Assembly: GCA_052426225.1 (NCBI GenBank)
Contig: JBNJNM010000015.1
Coordinates: 930,001 to 994,000, forward strand
Length of the DNA stretch: 64,000 nt
DNA from: Zancudomyces culisetae HAW-14-8
Taxonomy: Eukaryota; Fungi; Kickxellomycota
Reading direction: 5' to 3'
The position numbers were made by a program, and so were the translations under genes. The notes beneath the pieces are model-generated. The model was not told where the DNA came from, ran no database searches, and was given only the letters and a program-made list of their open reading frames with translations. Positions 12,826-25,969 of this stretch are shown here, piece by piece (position 1 is the stretch's first letter; each line of letters starts with the position of its first letter).

Positions 12826-13740
12826 TCAGAACTTGTAAATTTGGTGGTCAGGCTTTGAGATGAGGTCCGCAGGTTGGAATCCAATTGATTCGAGGTGTCC
12901 CTCCATAGCCTTAATCATAGGAAGCGGTCCACACAAGAGTGCTTGTGTTTGCGGAATCAAGGAGTTGTCTAAGTTGTTCAAGATTATGTCTTTGGTGATG
13001 TAGCCAACACTTCCACCCTCACTAACCCAGTCTCCTGATGGCTTTTCCAAAACGTAGTGCAGAACAAATCTGTCACTGTGTTGTTTAGCAAGGTTATCCA
13101 ACTCTGATTTCAGCAAAATGTCATCGAATCCGACGTTGGCATAGACCAGTGTAATCTTTGTGGTATCAGCGTTGTTGGCCAAGAGTTCTTGAATAACTTG
13201 ATACATTGGTGTTATCCCTGATCCACCAGCCAGCATTATAAACTGCTTGAATTTTTCTGGCTTGTATACAAAGTTTCCTTTTGGACCACGCACTGAAACA
13301 TTCTGACCGACCTGCAGATCCTTGAGTGCTGGGGTCATCACACCGGTTGGGTAGACCTTTACCACAAGCTCGAATTGACCCAATTCATTCAGTTTAGAAA
13401 CAGGTGTATAACTTCTCATGATCTCCTTTCCGTTGATATTCATTTTAACCGAAACACATTGTCCCAAACCGAGCCCCAAGATTTGGTTTTTATCGGCAAG
13501 TTGAAAAATTAGTCGATAGGTATTGCTGCTAATCTGGTACTTTTCAATCAGCTTGAAATTTCTAAATTCGGTTTTGCTGAGCGCGATTTGCGAAGATCCG
13601 CCATTTTGCTTGAGTTTTTTCTCTCTTTGGTCTTTAATCGAAACAAAAGTTTCAGTTCCTGTTATTTTGACGTACAGGATGGCACCAACTGAAAACACAA
13701 AGGTTATCGCTGCCAAACCTAGAACTGCCTGTTGGAACAT
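12826..13740 (-). CDS. CBR1: NADH-cytochrome b5 reductase
   Basis: N-terminal anchor, RSYTP FAD motif, RGPKG, MLAGGSGITPM, LLCGP. Confidence 0.9.
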   Translation of the reverse strand: MFQQAVLGLAAITFVFSVGAILYVKITGTETFVSIKDQREKKLKQNGGSSQIALSKTEFRNFKLIEKYQISSNTYRLIFQLADKNQILGLGLGQCVSVKMNINGKEIMRSYTPVSKLNELGQFELVVKVYPTGVMTPALKDLQVGQNVSVRGPKGNFVYKPEKFKQFIMLAGGSGITPMYQVIQELLANNADTTKITLVYANVGFDDILLKSELDNLAKQHSDRFVLHYVLEKPSGDWVSEGGSVGYITKDIILNNLDNSLIPQTQALLCGPLPMIKAMEGHLESIGFQPADLISKPDHQIYKF

Positions 13741-14928
13741 TTTCTCTCTTTTTCCTTGAATTATTTGGAGACCCCTGAAGCTATACTTTTAAGACTAATT
13801 TATGTGTAAGAAGGGAGGAATTATGGAATACGAAACTTTGTGAGTGTATTTATATGTGAATCGGTAATTTTAGTTGGGGTGTTTTTTTGTTTCAAAGTGA
13901 TTGGGTGTTTAGCTAGAGTATATGGTATAAAAAAAATCAGGAGATTGTTAATGTGGAGCCTATAGCTTTTTTTTCGAAAAGGGGAATCTTTCATTGTAGA
14001 AATCATCTACCTGTTTAGATTGTCAAGGAACCATGGGGGTGGGTTGAGATAAACGTACTAAAATGCAACCCTGAGCCCAATTTGCCGAGAAATAAAAATA
14101 GAGCCTTTATATCGTTAGCAGGAACCAAATCAAAAGCAGAAGCTGGGAACCCATTTACGCGCTCATTGGCCGGGAATTAATTTGTAATGTTGATTTTTGA
14201 TAGGACTAAGCAGACGTTCTTATGTTTACTTGCTAAATGATTGAATCAAAAATATTAGCAGGTGTTTTGGATGCCTGTACAGTGGTTGTGAACAAAAGAA
14301 GAGGTATATTATCCAGCATAAGGAAACGTTAATTTTTAACTGCGAGGGGAAAGGGGAAGGGAGTTAAAATCTACAACAAGACTAAAATAAGTGCCACCCA
14401 TCTGTGACTAGTAGTATGAACAGATACTGCTTATTTCTATTGCGTCTTAGCGAGTGTATATAGTAGTAGTGAGCGCGAAGGTCACTCTGCAGAAGGCTAA
14501 AAGTATGCACCACCCTAAGGATAATTACATGTAATTAATCTGATAGTACTCTTTTCATTACAAGTATTTATGGTGTTGCCTTGAAAAGCCTATTCTCTGT
14601 TTGTATAAACAACAATTCAGAGTTTAAATGAAAAATGTTTATAGTTTAGCTTCTAATGTCAATTCTGGAGGTCATAAAAACAAAAGCTCCAAATTAGGTA
14701 CGATTTAGAATGATGTTGATTTGAAAAATTTTTTTTTTGGAAAATTGGGGGGTTTTTTTTTGGCAGTTAAGCAGGACAATTGAAAATTTAGCCTTACAGA
14801 ATCTCTCCATCGGCCTAATTTTTTTATGTTAACTTTTCATATTTCTATGGTGGGATGCTTAGCTTTCAAAGGCAAAAGCATTCGCACGAAACCTATGGAA
14901 TACTATCAGGCAAGTAAACCGATCAAGG

Positions 14929-16065
14929 ATGAAATGTAAATATTGCGAAAAAGAATTCAAAAAACCATCCCGGCTGCAAGAGCACATCCGGTCGCACACT
15001 GGGGAAAGGCCCTACGTATGCGACGTGGCTGGGTGTTCAAAATCGTTCTTGCGGAGCACCCACTTGACTGCACATATGAAGTTCAAACATAACGCAGAAC
15101 CAAACGAGTACAAATGTAAGTATGTAGACTGCGAGCGTAATGTTAGGGGTTTCAAAACCATACAGCATTTGACACGACACGAAAAACTGGTACACAGCAC
15201 AAGATTTAAGTGTCTGCTCGATGGCTGTGATAAAGTTTTTAACTGCAAAAAATCAATGACTAAGCATTACTCCCAGGATCACAGCGGGCCCGATAATGAA
15301 GGTAATCTGCCTTTCAAATGTACAAAATGCACGGATCCAAACTGCCAAAAGGTATTCGCCTCTCCCTCGAAACTCAAACGGCACATACGATATAACCAAA
15401 AGGGGAAAAGCTCGTTTGGGCTAGAAAAGGATCTTTACAAATGTGATTACTCTGAATGTGGACACAACTTTGATACATTAAAAGAATTGATTCAGCATTT
15501 AAACATTTCGCATAGCGATAAAAGTGAAGAAAGTCACACTAATAACGACGATAAAGGTGTTACAAAAAAATATATATGCCCATTCGAAAACTGTAATAAA
15601 GAGTACACGGCATCTCATTCTCTTTTGGCCCATTACCAGACCGCTCACAGCATAGAAAAAACCGAATATCCCTGTCCGTACGACGACTGCACCCGTATTT
15701 ACCTCCGAAAAACCTCGCTGGACATTCATATTCGATCTGTTCACCTACAAATCAAACCATTTATCTGTCCTGTTTGTAATTTGTCCTTTGCAAGAAAGCA
15801 CTTGCTGGTCCGCCATAAGAAAACCCATACAAACCAACAGAAACCTCACAAAAACCACCAGCAAAAGGACAAACTAAGCGATGATGCGAGAAAGGTCAAC
15901 GACTTTCTGGCAAGAGACCTCCTGGATCCTTCCGTTGACAACCGCCATTATCTATGCACGGCTGTCGGTTGCGGCCTGCGATTTAAACGTCTTTATGACT
16001 TGGCTCGTCATCACTGCACAGTTCTTGCAAATCCGTTGTCGTCGCCTTTACCCTCATCAGCTTAG
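14929..16065 (+). CDS. PZF1: C2H2 zinc-finger protein, probably transcription factor IIIA
   Basis: About 9-10 C2H2 fingers; first finger 'FKKPSRLQEHIRSH', HTGERPY linker, and a last finger 'C..GC...FKRLYDLARH' after a long spacer, as in fungal TFIIIA. Confidence 0.72.
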   Translation: MKCKYCEKEFKKPSRLQEHIRSHTGERPYVCDVAGCSKSFLRSTHLTAHMKFKHNAEPNEYKCKYVDCERNVRGFKTIQHLTRHEKLVHSTRFKCLLDGCDKVFNCKKSMTKHYSQDHSGPDNEGNLPFKCTKCTDPNCQKVFASPSKLKRHIRYNQKGKSSFGLEKDLYKCDYSECGHNFDTLKELIQHLNISHSDKSEESHTNNDDKGVTKKYICPFENCNKEYTASHSLLAHYQTAHSIEKTEYPCPYDDCTRIYLRKTSLDIHIRSVHLQIKPFICPVCNLSFARKHLLVRHKKTHTNQQKPHKNHQQKDKLSDDARKVNDFLARDLLDPSVDNRHYLCTAVGCGLRFKRLYDLARHHCTVLANPLSSPLPSSA

Positions 16066-17407
16066 CCGCGTTCGTAAATAGCGTTGTTCTCATTGCTTTC
16101 CACCTGTAAAATTCATTGTCATTTTCTTCTCTTAGTTTTTTTAAATAGACCTTAGGTTTTGTTGCGATGTCATCTTCAATATTCGTAGCCAATGCATCTA
16201 TATATTCTTCTTGTATCTCCATTTTGTTCTTTTTATATTCTATATCTCCATTTTCCTCCTCAAATTCTCTCTGTTTGCGTTTTCTTTCTTGTTTTTTCTC
16301 AATCTCTTGCTCGTTTAACCTCACTACAAAGTCTTTTGCCTGCTCGTTGTTTTTCCATCGCCTCCAGTTATTTTCGCCTTTCAAGACATATAATATCATC
16401 TTCTCCATATCAGTATCTCTTAGTAGCCTTAAACACTTTGCTTTGGCTTCTTTTGCCTGGTCCTTTCTTTTATCCCCTCCCTCCTCATGCTCTTTCAGTT
16501 TTATCAGCATTTGAATTATCATTTTATTCTGATTATTTTCCTGTTCAAGTATTTTTTCTATGCTTTCGCCTATATACTTATCGCTCTTTCCCTCACCAAC
16601 ATGCTCACTTCTTTGTTTATCTCTCTTTGCCCTCCTGGCCTCCTCAATTCTCTCTAGGATCCTTTTCATCGCTTTAAATTCTGATTCTTCTTGCCTCTCC
16701 TTATCTTCGTCCACTAAAGTCTCACTTTCTTTTACACTACTTTCTCTTCTCTCTCTGTCCATTTTCCCAGCAACTAATACCCTAACATATTCTTCTTCTT
16801 CTCTCTCCAAATCGACGGTAACGATACTTTCCCCTTTATACACATCCCCCTTTAGGTTTACTCCGCTTCTCTCACAAATCTCAAATATTTCGCTTGAGTA
16901 TTCCATCATTTTACCTCTAAATCCCCTGCCCGTACTTTCAGGAATCCTTTTCATCACACTATTGATGGTCCTCAGCATTACCATCCCCTTTCCCCTGTTT
17001 GTTTTCTTTACTTCATCATCTCGAAAGTAATTTATTTTCATAATATATCCAAACGTTTTTTCGACCTGATTTATAGTTTGACCCTCTACTATCACTTCTA
17101 GCATCGTCGCTGGGACTACCTTTTCTAGATTGCCCCTCTTTTCCAAATACAAGCTCAAATCTATTACTGAATTCACGTCAACACTCTTTTCAATCCTTTC
17201 CATCGCTATCTCTTCTAGACCTATTTCTACGAGGACGCTCTCAATCCTATCTTCTTGCATCTCCCATATTCCCGCTGCATCTATTCTCTCCTTAATCTGT
17301 TCGCTAGCATCCGGCATTCTCCCCGCTGTTGTCATCATCTCTTCAATTATCTTCAGACTAGCATCGAGCTTACCCCGTATATTCAACTTTTCCTGAATAA
17401 TATTCAT
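15983..17407 (-). CDS. THOC1: THO complex subunit 1 (THOC1/Hpr1)-like
   Basis: 'LRTINSVMKR', 'FRGKMMEYSSEIFEICERSGVNLKG', 'ENNWRRWKN' and 'YRWKAMR' align with conserved THOC1 motifs; sequence is divergent and E/K-rich. Confidence 0.78.
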   Translation of the reverse strand: MNIIQEKLNIRGKLDASLKIIEEMMTTAGRMPDASEQIKERIDAAGIWEMQEDRIESVLVEIGLEEIAMERIEKSVDVNSVIDLSLYLEKRGNLEKVVPATMLEVIVEGQTINQVEKTFGYIMKINYFRDDEVKKTNRGKGMVMLRTINSVMKRIPESTGRGFRGKMMEYSSEIFEICERSGVNLKGDVYKGESIVTVDLEREEEEYVRVLVAGKMDRERRESSVKESETLVDEDKERQEESEFKAMKRILERIEEARRAKRDKQRSEHVGEGKSDKYIGESIEKILEQENNQNKMIIQMLIKLKEHEEGGDKRKDQAKEAKAKCLRLLRDTDMEKMILYVLKGENNWRRWKNNEQAKDFVVRLNEQEIEKKQERKRKQREFEEENGDIEYKKNKMEIQEEYIDALATNIEDDIATKPKVYLKKLREENDNEFYRWKAMRTTLFTNAAKLMRVKATTTDLQELCSDDEPSHKDV

Positions 17408-17931
17408 TCTTTCTTGCTTTTCTTCTTTTTCTTTCGCTTATCCCACCATTCCTTCCCTTGAAGTATACCAATAGCTACCACACTTATAAATATCAATGTT
17501 ATAACCATTTTTACCACGAATAAAATTCTATTTGCGTTTATACCACCTCAAATTCAGCGCCAAAACTTTTCTTCCAATGGAATTTCGATTTTTCTATCTG
17601 CTTTTAAGGGCTTAAACATTTCAGCATCAAAAAAAATTTTCTAGAGTTTATCCCGCCCCCTTCCCTCCAACCATGGCACTCAGTTTCGCTATTTATACCT
17701 TTTTGATATGGATATCAATGATACCAGATTTCACTCACTATTTTTAAGGATAGAAAAAAAAACCAATAGGGGTGCTGTTCAGGCTGAGCAAATAACAGTC
17801 TTTGCTTGTTTCTTTGCTAATAAATATAAACACACAAACGCGCAATAATTCAGAAATTAAAAGCACTCTAAACTTGGTAATCTCAACCACAGGACAAATT
17901 ATACAATTCGAGCAACACTACTACAGAAATA

Positions 17932-18111
17932 ATGCAGTACGATCCTTCTACCGATCCTTGGGCTAAGCGTCATGTATGGAGAAGCCATCCATTCTTCTCA
18001 GCGAAAAATGCGATAAGAGGAATGGCACCTGGCCTTGGAATCGCCACCGTCATATTCAGTGCTTATCTAGCCTACGACTACTTTGGCCCAAAACAAGCTA
18101 AACATCATTAA
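17932..18111 (+). CDS. NDUFB3: NADH:ubiquinone oxidoreductase subunit B12 (NDUFB3); 59 aa, below the ORF-track cutoff
   Basis: Manual translation MQYDPSTDPWAKRHVWRSHPFFSAKNAIRGMAPGLGIATVIFSAYLAYDYFGPKQAKHH; DPW.R..WR and PGLG plus one TM segment are the B12 signature. Confidence 0.88.
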   Translation: MQYDPSTDPWAKRHVWRSHPFFSAKNAIRGMAPGLGIATVIFSAYLAYDYFGPKQAKHH

Positions 18112-20121
18112 ATAAATCATTGAATTGGAAGAGAAGCAGAGGGATTGTGTGGATCGAAAGAAAAAAAGTTGCGGACCATCGATTCAGTATTTAGATATTC
18201 TGCAGTTGCCAGCCTTCTTTTTACACCCCTCCCCCCAGACATAACTTTTTTTTACTGCTGGTAATATATCCATTTTTTTTACATTTGTATTTGTCATCTT
18301 TTAGTTATGCAATTATAAATCATAATTCCTGCTTGCTAAATTATAATCTACGTTTTATGCCTGTAGATCGCATCAAACACCGCTGTCTTTTATTCGCACT
18401 TTTACCTGCACATGTTTGTTTCTACTACTTTGTTTGCCATTTATTCATTTTTCTTTTTCGGTACAGTGTTTCGAAAGCAGCGGTCTTTTCTTATCTTCAT
18501 TTGCCCCTATTTTCAAATTTGGGCCGTTATCGAAAAGCTCAAAAAAGATCGTTTTTACATCTAAGAATAAAATTTCCGTTTCTATAGGCTATATTTTTAT
18601 CTGTATTTACTGCTTCGCCGTCTTTTTGCTACACTATATGTTTTTAAAGTATCAGATCTAAGTCGGTTTATGATGTTTTCCTCCATGTAAAGGAAGCCTT
18701 TTTTTTGTGTTTGTGCTTGTATACCAGCAGGACAGGCATCAGTACTGTTCCTCAGCCATTATCTATGAATACTAGCCATTTTTTCCTCATGCAAAATTAT
18801 TCCTGAAACGGCTTTTTTTATAGTATTGGGGTAATATTGTTTTATAGCACATAGCTTCAAAAAGTCCATCTGTGGGCTGTGTTGTAAATATCAAAAAAAA
18901 ATTGGAAGACTTAGACATGCTACAATGTTTTTCTGCTGTATCTTAGTAACAAGCATACAATGTGTTTTCGTGTAGGCAAGAAAGAGACTATTTTCGGCAT
19001 CAGGCCACTTCAAAATGAGCCATGTTAGCATGGGTATGGGGCGTGGCACATTTGTGGGTTCAACCAGAAACTCTGTGCCGTCAAAAGAAAAAGTATGAAA
19101 AAGTGCCAAACTACACAGTGCTGGATGTAGTTAATGAGGCATAGATACTACCTCTCCTCCCTTTGGGTATGAAAGCAGACCGGCTCTTTTTTTTTGATAT
19201 AATGAATGTATATGAAGTATATATGAAAGTTTGAAGTGATACCAACGATTCAATATTTTGAAGTGGCATACTGATTGAGGGGTTGTGCATTTAAATCAAG
19301 GGTATGAACATAATGTACCATAAAAAGGATAGGATGGGTATAGTAATAGATCAGTCACAGATTCATTACTACTTCTTTTCCAGGGTACAAACCCTTGGGG
19401 TACTGTTGGTACATGAAAGTCACCTTTTAGAAACTATATCGATGTATATAGCTTTGGGGGAAGCCCCCAAGCCGGCAATCACAGCACTTATAAAAAAACA
19501 AGTTCTAGTTGTTGTGGTTTTGTCAAGAAGAAGCATATAACTCGTGACACGATTAAGATTATCTCGGGTTGCAAAAAATGGTATTACATGCTTTAAAAAG
19601 AAAAGAATAAGGATACATCCTAAAAATACACCAAGTATCAAAAACAATGTGGAGGGTATTATGTTGATGCCACCGTGACACTTTTCCAATGTGTCACCAG
19701 ATTACTATAAATACACTTACACGATTGTCATACAAATAGTGAAAAAACATTCTGGTTTTTATGCCTATTACAACATGCTATTGTCACAGTTTTTTATGAA
19801 AGCAGGCGTTTTCTACTTTCCTCTAATCACTTTTTCATTATAAAATTATCACTAAAATAAACACACTTCTTTTCAACAATCGACTTTCTGTAAGACTTAC
19901 ATGATACACTCAAGTGTCAAAAGTTTATGAAACAATTTTTGAATTATAATACTATTATATTTATGAGCTAACTACTAGTGCTTTGGTGTAAATATAGCCT
20001 AGAGATACCAATGAAAATTAAAGGCTTAGCAACAGGATAGGTATGTATTCTAAATATCACACATAGTCTATTTGTATCCAATAAGCCAGAAAAAAAAGAA
20101 TATTCGTTCCGACAAAAAAGG

Positions 20122-20442
20122 TCATAGCTTTGAGATTCTCTTGTTAGGATCTGCTTGTGGTCGCTGCAATGACTTGTTTTTGTTTAGTCTTCGTTGTTTT
20201 GCCTAACGATACATATAAATTTGACATTTATTTTGTTTCTCTAGCTGCTATCAAAAGTTAAAAAGTTCGGTTTTTTACAAGTAAAGATAAAGAAAAGAAA
20301 ATCTTACCTTTAACATTGTCTTGAGCATTTGTGTTTTCTTGGGTTTTTTATATATGGTTCGAATTTGCTCAAGGTTCTTTAGCTTGGAAGCTATTCCTGA
20401 ATTATTAGCTGGAAGCAACGATCTTGTGATGAAGCCGAACAT
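20122..20442 (-). CDS. Putative small basic mitochondrial protein; 2 exons (20442-20308, 20202-20122), 71 aa
   Basis: ATG, AAG|GTAAGA donor and TTAG acceptor give MFGFITRSLLPANNSGIASKLKNLEQIRTIYKKPKKTQMLKTMLKAKQRRLNKNKSLQRPQADPNKRISKL; presequence-like N-terminus. Confidence 0.5.
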
Positions 20443-20880
20443 TTCTCCTGTCTTTGCTCTTCTCTTGCTACTCTCTTGCTCTAATGGGGTTATTTCAATA
20501 CAAATCAAAGCAACAGCCTAATCGCCCGAATTATTTTTAGAGATTAAATTGCAGTTGGTGTATGAAAAAATTTTATTGCGTACAATTTTATCTGACTCGA
20601 TAATTGGTTTCATTGGTTGTGCCACATGTCTTGATTGTGGTATGGCACCAGCATTTAATATTTCAGCTTTGGATCGCCTGGTTCTGTTTCTTTTTTAGGT
20701 TCGTTTTTTGAATCGTATTAATATGATGGTCAATGAGACAATGTCACTATATTTCTTACTGCACATGCCTGTATTCTAAGTTTAGCAAAAATTCAAGGGC
20801 CCTATGGATACTCTTCATGCTTGTGCCAGTGTTCGTCAAAGTTGGATTTATAAGATTCACTGCTCTTTTAGACAGATGTG

Positions 20881-22949
20881 TCATTTCTTGAGTACACTCA
20901 TCTCTTTGTTGTACTTGGTTCTTTTCTCGTATTCTCTGAACTCTAGCATACCTAGAACAAGAAATGTAAAAAGTATATAGGAAATCGAAACGAACAAAAG
21001 CCCGCCGTTTGAAAATATCTTGGCAATCATCAACTTCATTCCATCCAAACCCACAGCGAATCCAACTAAATTGGCTATGATCATTGTGTAAATACTCGCG
21101 GCACCACCAAGCGCCACCATCCATTTGAAGTAGGGCTTGTTTTTGAGTGTTGTTTTGCTAATAATAAGTTTAGCTAGAGTTTCCGGCACAAAAAGCAGCG
21201 CTACCAACCAACCCCATGTAAAGAGCCTCAGTGACAAGTCATGCCATAAAGCAACAAATGTAAAAATGATAAACACGCTGTAAAAATACGATTTCTTGCC
21301 TCCTAATGGAATGTACATATACCTAACCAGCCATTTATTATATGAGCAATGCCAACCTCTCCAGAACTCGGTCATGGAGTAATTGTTTGACATACACCGG
21401 TTCATGTTTTCATTAACCTCTACATTGTCAACCATGGCCCAAAAACGGGAAAACCTCCAGATAAGAAGCAGTTTGAGCCAGATAAACTTTAGATACAGGT
21501 AACCAACACTACCTATTTCTGTAGGCGACATCATACTAAACGTTTTTTTTGAGCTCAGCGCTACCGGATATACCATATGTAGCATTACTTCCATTAAGAC
21601 AAAGGATAATAATAGCCTCAGTCCATATTTTGTCTTTTCAGACGTCGAAATGGTACTTGACTTTGACTTTAGCTGAAAAACAAAATCGTTGAAAGTGATA
21701 ATGGGACCAGTAAAATACAACGGAACATATAGAAGATAGCCCAGATAGTTTACAAAGTTGTACTCGTAGTAGTATCTTGAGTATTCTATTCGCTCTTTTT
21801 GCGTTTTTGGTGACTCTGCAAGCTCAATCATCTGAAAAGTTGTATATAAAGTGTTTCCTATTTATTTTCTTTTCTTATAAACCGCGGTTATCTACAACAA
21901 GTTGTTAAATATGTAAGTACTTACCTTTTGGGGCCCAAAGAAGGCATTTTGAAGATCATGCCAGTGGAGGTCCATATTGAATGACATCATTCTTAACATT
22001 GTAAAATTGAATGTTATGTACCATCTCCTATTTACACCCCTGTACTTGTCCATCCAAGCGAGGCAGCTGTGGATTGCTCCAAAACTGTATCCCGAGTATT
22101 TTTCATTTAAAAGTAAAATTGCAATGTTGTATGTCCACAGTACTGGCACAAAAAATTTTGTTCCTTTCAGCCTTTTTGCCAGTAGATAGTTTGTACCAAC
22201 TTCGAGTATGATTAAAATGAGAGAAAACCCGTTAGCTACAGCCAAAAAAACCAGCGAATACAACACTGGGAAATGTATTTCTTGGGGTCCCGTATACACT
22301 GTGCCCATCTTAATGCTGTTTTCTCGTTTACGGATGTATGCGCGATATATTTTGTTCAATACAACGTATGTCAACATCATTAACGAAAGCAATTTTACCG
22401 AACTCCTGAATGTATACAACTGAGCATCGGTCAGGTCCTAAAGTATATTTTGAAGTTTAGCTCTAATAAAAAAAAACAATCCATACACATACGTTTATCG
22501 CGCGTCATTATCAACACCTAGCCTTTCACAACATCGCTCACTTGTTGGTGTTTACTTTTTATGCAAATTCTACTCTAGACGTCATCCAACTCACACAAAC
22601 CTTCTCAACGGTACAATAAAATAACACTGTGTGAGCAATAATAATAATAAAATATAAAATAGTTTACCATTTTTCGTCCGAATAGGTAACCTGGTGATAG
22701 TCTGTGCTGTGTCATTTTATACGCGCTTGATCCTACAGATGATGCCCTCAGCCCATGATAGATTACTATGGCGGAGAAAAAGATGAAATACAAAACGGAT
22801 AATGTCAACCTTTTGTAGCTTGTTCTTAGCGTTGTGGGAACTTCAATCCTCTTGTGTTTGTTTTTGCTAAGTGTAATACCTGGTGGTGATTTATACTTTT
22901 TGGTATATGTGATAGTATTGTGTTTATCTGAACCATGGAGCAGTGTCAT
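20881..22949 (-). CDS. GUP1: MBOAT O-acyltransferase Gup1/HHAT-like; 3 exons (22949-22668, 22437-21925, 21831-20881)
   Basis: Splicing restores 'PGYLFGRKMDLTDAQLYTFR'; also 'FNFTMLRMMSF', 'ENMNRCMSNNYS..FWRGWH' and 'FVALWHD'. Confidence 0.92.
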
Positions 22950-24663
22950 TTTACAACATAAACCCGGAGACGAACTTTTTTTGTGATGATAATATTTATG
23001 CGTTTGTGTATGTATATGTATATGACAGAAAATTGGCAAGTAAATTTGGCTTGTTGTGTTTTTACATGGAACGAGTTTGATCATTATAAGGGCAAGGATG
23101 AGCTAGTTGTTCAGGTTATAATATCTGGAATTTACTAAAAAAATACACCCAACACTGGTGGTTTGAGTACAGTGAAACCAAAGGATGGTTATTGCATTTT
23201 CAATCTGCTCTAGTGTGCTTTTTCATAATTCCATCTGGGAACACCCTTTTTTATTACATCTTAAAGCAAATGGAATGTGATCCTGCAAAAAACACTAAAT
23301 GAAACCACATAATTGTATACAAGAAAAAGGTTATACAAACACTGGAATTTACTATTTCATGGTAGACCAACGCATTTGATATAAACCCTTTTCAAAAAGA
23401 CACACTAGTTCGTTTTTGCCATTTCACTGCGCTCTGTGAATGCATTTGTTTCTGCACAGAGATTATTTTCCTAAGGATTTTCCAAAAAATGAGTCCAATT
23501 CATGTATGAGGAAAATAGATTCTCAAACATTAATAAAACAACACAAAGTAGATTTGTTAGAGAATGTTTTATTATGAGCGTGAACGTATATGAAAACATA
23601 ATTAGAAACACCAAGAGTAAGAGTAGAGTAAGAGGGTGTGTGTACTCAACTGCGATAATAATCCAAAGTCCAATTTCAATATGATCTTATGTGGGTTGAT
23701 ATACTCTAAAGCTTGACTAACAGTGCTATAGATCTAGGCCCAACCACATCTACCAACATGTTTCATAAAAAAAGTTGAGGTGTTGGAGTGCATATATAAC
23801 TACTGACATTAAAAAACACCTCGTTGTTTGGAAGGGGGTGGGGGAGGGGATGGATGGGTGTTATAATATCCCGTTCCTAACATGTGGTTAATCTTAGATA
23901 CCTTCTAATGTAGTATTTGTTTGCATGCCAACGAAAAAAATAAGAATAAATAGCACTATTTGATCCCTAGTTCAAATGATGTGTTAATAAAATACTAACA
24001 CGCGAGAAACTGAGAAATCATTGAAAATACAGAGTACTTTAAGCATTCTGTTTCGTTTTTAGCATCAGTTCACTAATTTTCTTATCGAGATATACAAACA
24101 CAGTGCGGCTATAACTCCTTCATAAACGAGGCAGCTCAAAAGAAGAGTCAGAAAATTTATTGTTGCATAGTGGATCTTCGAAACCGGGCCATTTTGTATG
24201 CAGATTTGGGATAAGTGATAAAATACACAGCATATCCTGGGATCCATGTTTCTGCATGCTTTCCAATACATAGCAAGAATATATAAACGCACTACCATCT
24301 TTGTGGTGTCACTTTTTGGTTTTGTCAGCAATACAGTGCGGTTTCCGTAAACAAAATCGCTGGAAAATACTGGAAAATTGAACCTAATCACTTTACAAAT
24401 ATTATTGGTGCAAAACAATATTTTTCAATGGAAATTTGAGTTCAAAGTATTTAGGGTAAGTTTTTTCTCCTCGGCTTTAGGTAAATCAGAAGTTTCCATT
24501 GGATTGGATATCAAGTACGCTAATAATTGCATTTAAGTGTAAAATAAAAGCCAACAATTATTTTTGTTTCAATCCACTGCAAAGAAAAAAAATAAAATAA
24601 AAAAAAACAAAAAATTTTTTGAAAAAAAATATTACAAAAAAATTACAAAAAATTTTTTTTTAA

Positions 24664-25275
<612 letters not shown>

Positions 25276-25969
25276 ATAGTATTTTTGATTTTTTTAGAAG
25301 GTTTTATGTGGTTTATCTTTAATAAACTAGCGTAGGCTTGTACATTATCACTACTGGTTTTTATATATTATATTAAACTTTTTTCCATGGAAAGCATTCT
25401 GGTTTTTTCTTGCTAATTAATTTTTTTGTCAATCTTGTGTGTTTTGGTTTCTCGCATCGACTCAATGCGTGGGTGTGTGTATGTTGCTTTTTTCTTTTTT
25501 TGGGCGTTTAAATTGTGAATAGTGCTCATTTTGTAATATTTCTATTACAGGTTTTATATATGACATTGAAAGCCGCCATGCTCAACAACATATTTAATAT
25601 AAATATCCTGTTCCAGAATACATTTTTTACAAATGTATTTCTCCAAGGCTCCCTGTTTTGAGAAATAAAGATAATTCGCTATAAGTTTTTCTTTTGTTCC
25701 ACCTAAAGCCTACGTGCTGAGTGTACTGAGTAGAACTATGACAGAGCCATCACGCTAAAATTTACTCAATATAGCACGATGTATACACTTCGATACCGCC
25801 AAAATGAAGAAAGGAACATAAATAAATAGCTTACTTTGTTACTAATTACAAAAGCTGGCTTATTATAAAAATAAACTGATTATTATAATTATATACATTC
25901 ATAAAGATTGGATGTGTATTTAGCTCCAGGCGTCTTATTTCCCAAGAAACTCCACAGAAAAGAAGAAAA

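Noticed and set aside
14400-14550. GAGCGCGAAG resembling U3 snoRNA box B
   Set aside because: No matching box A, C' or C elements.
194-16065. Clustering of Pol III machinery genes (RPC82 and TFIIIA)
   Set aside because: Four unrelated genes lie between them; there is no evidence beyond chance proximity.
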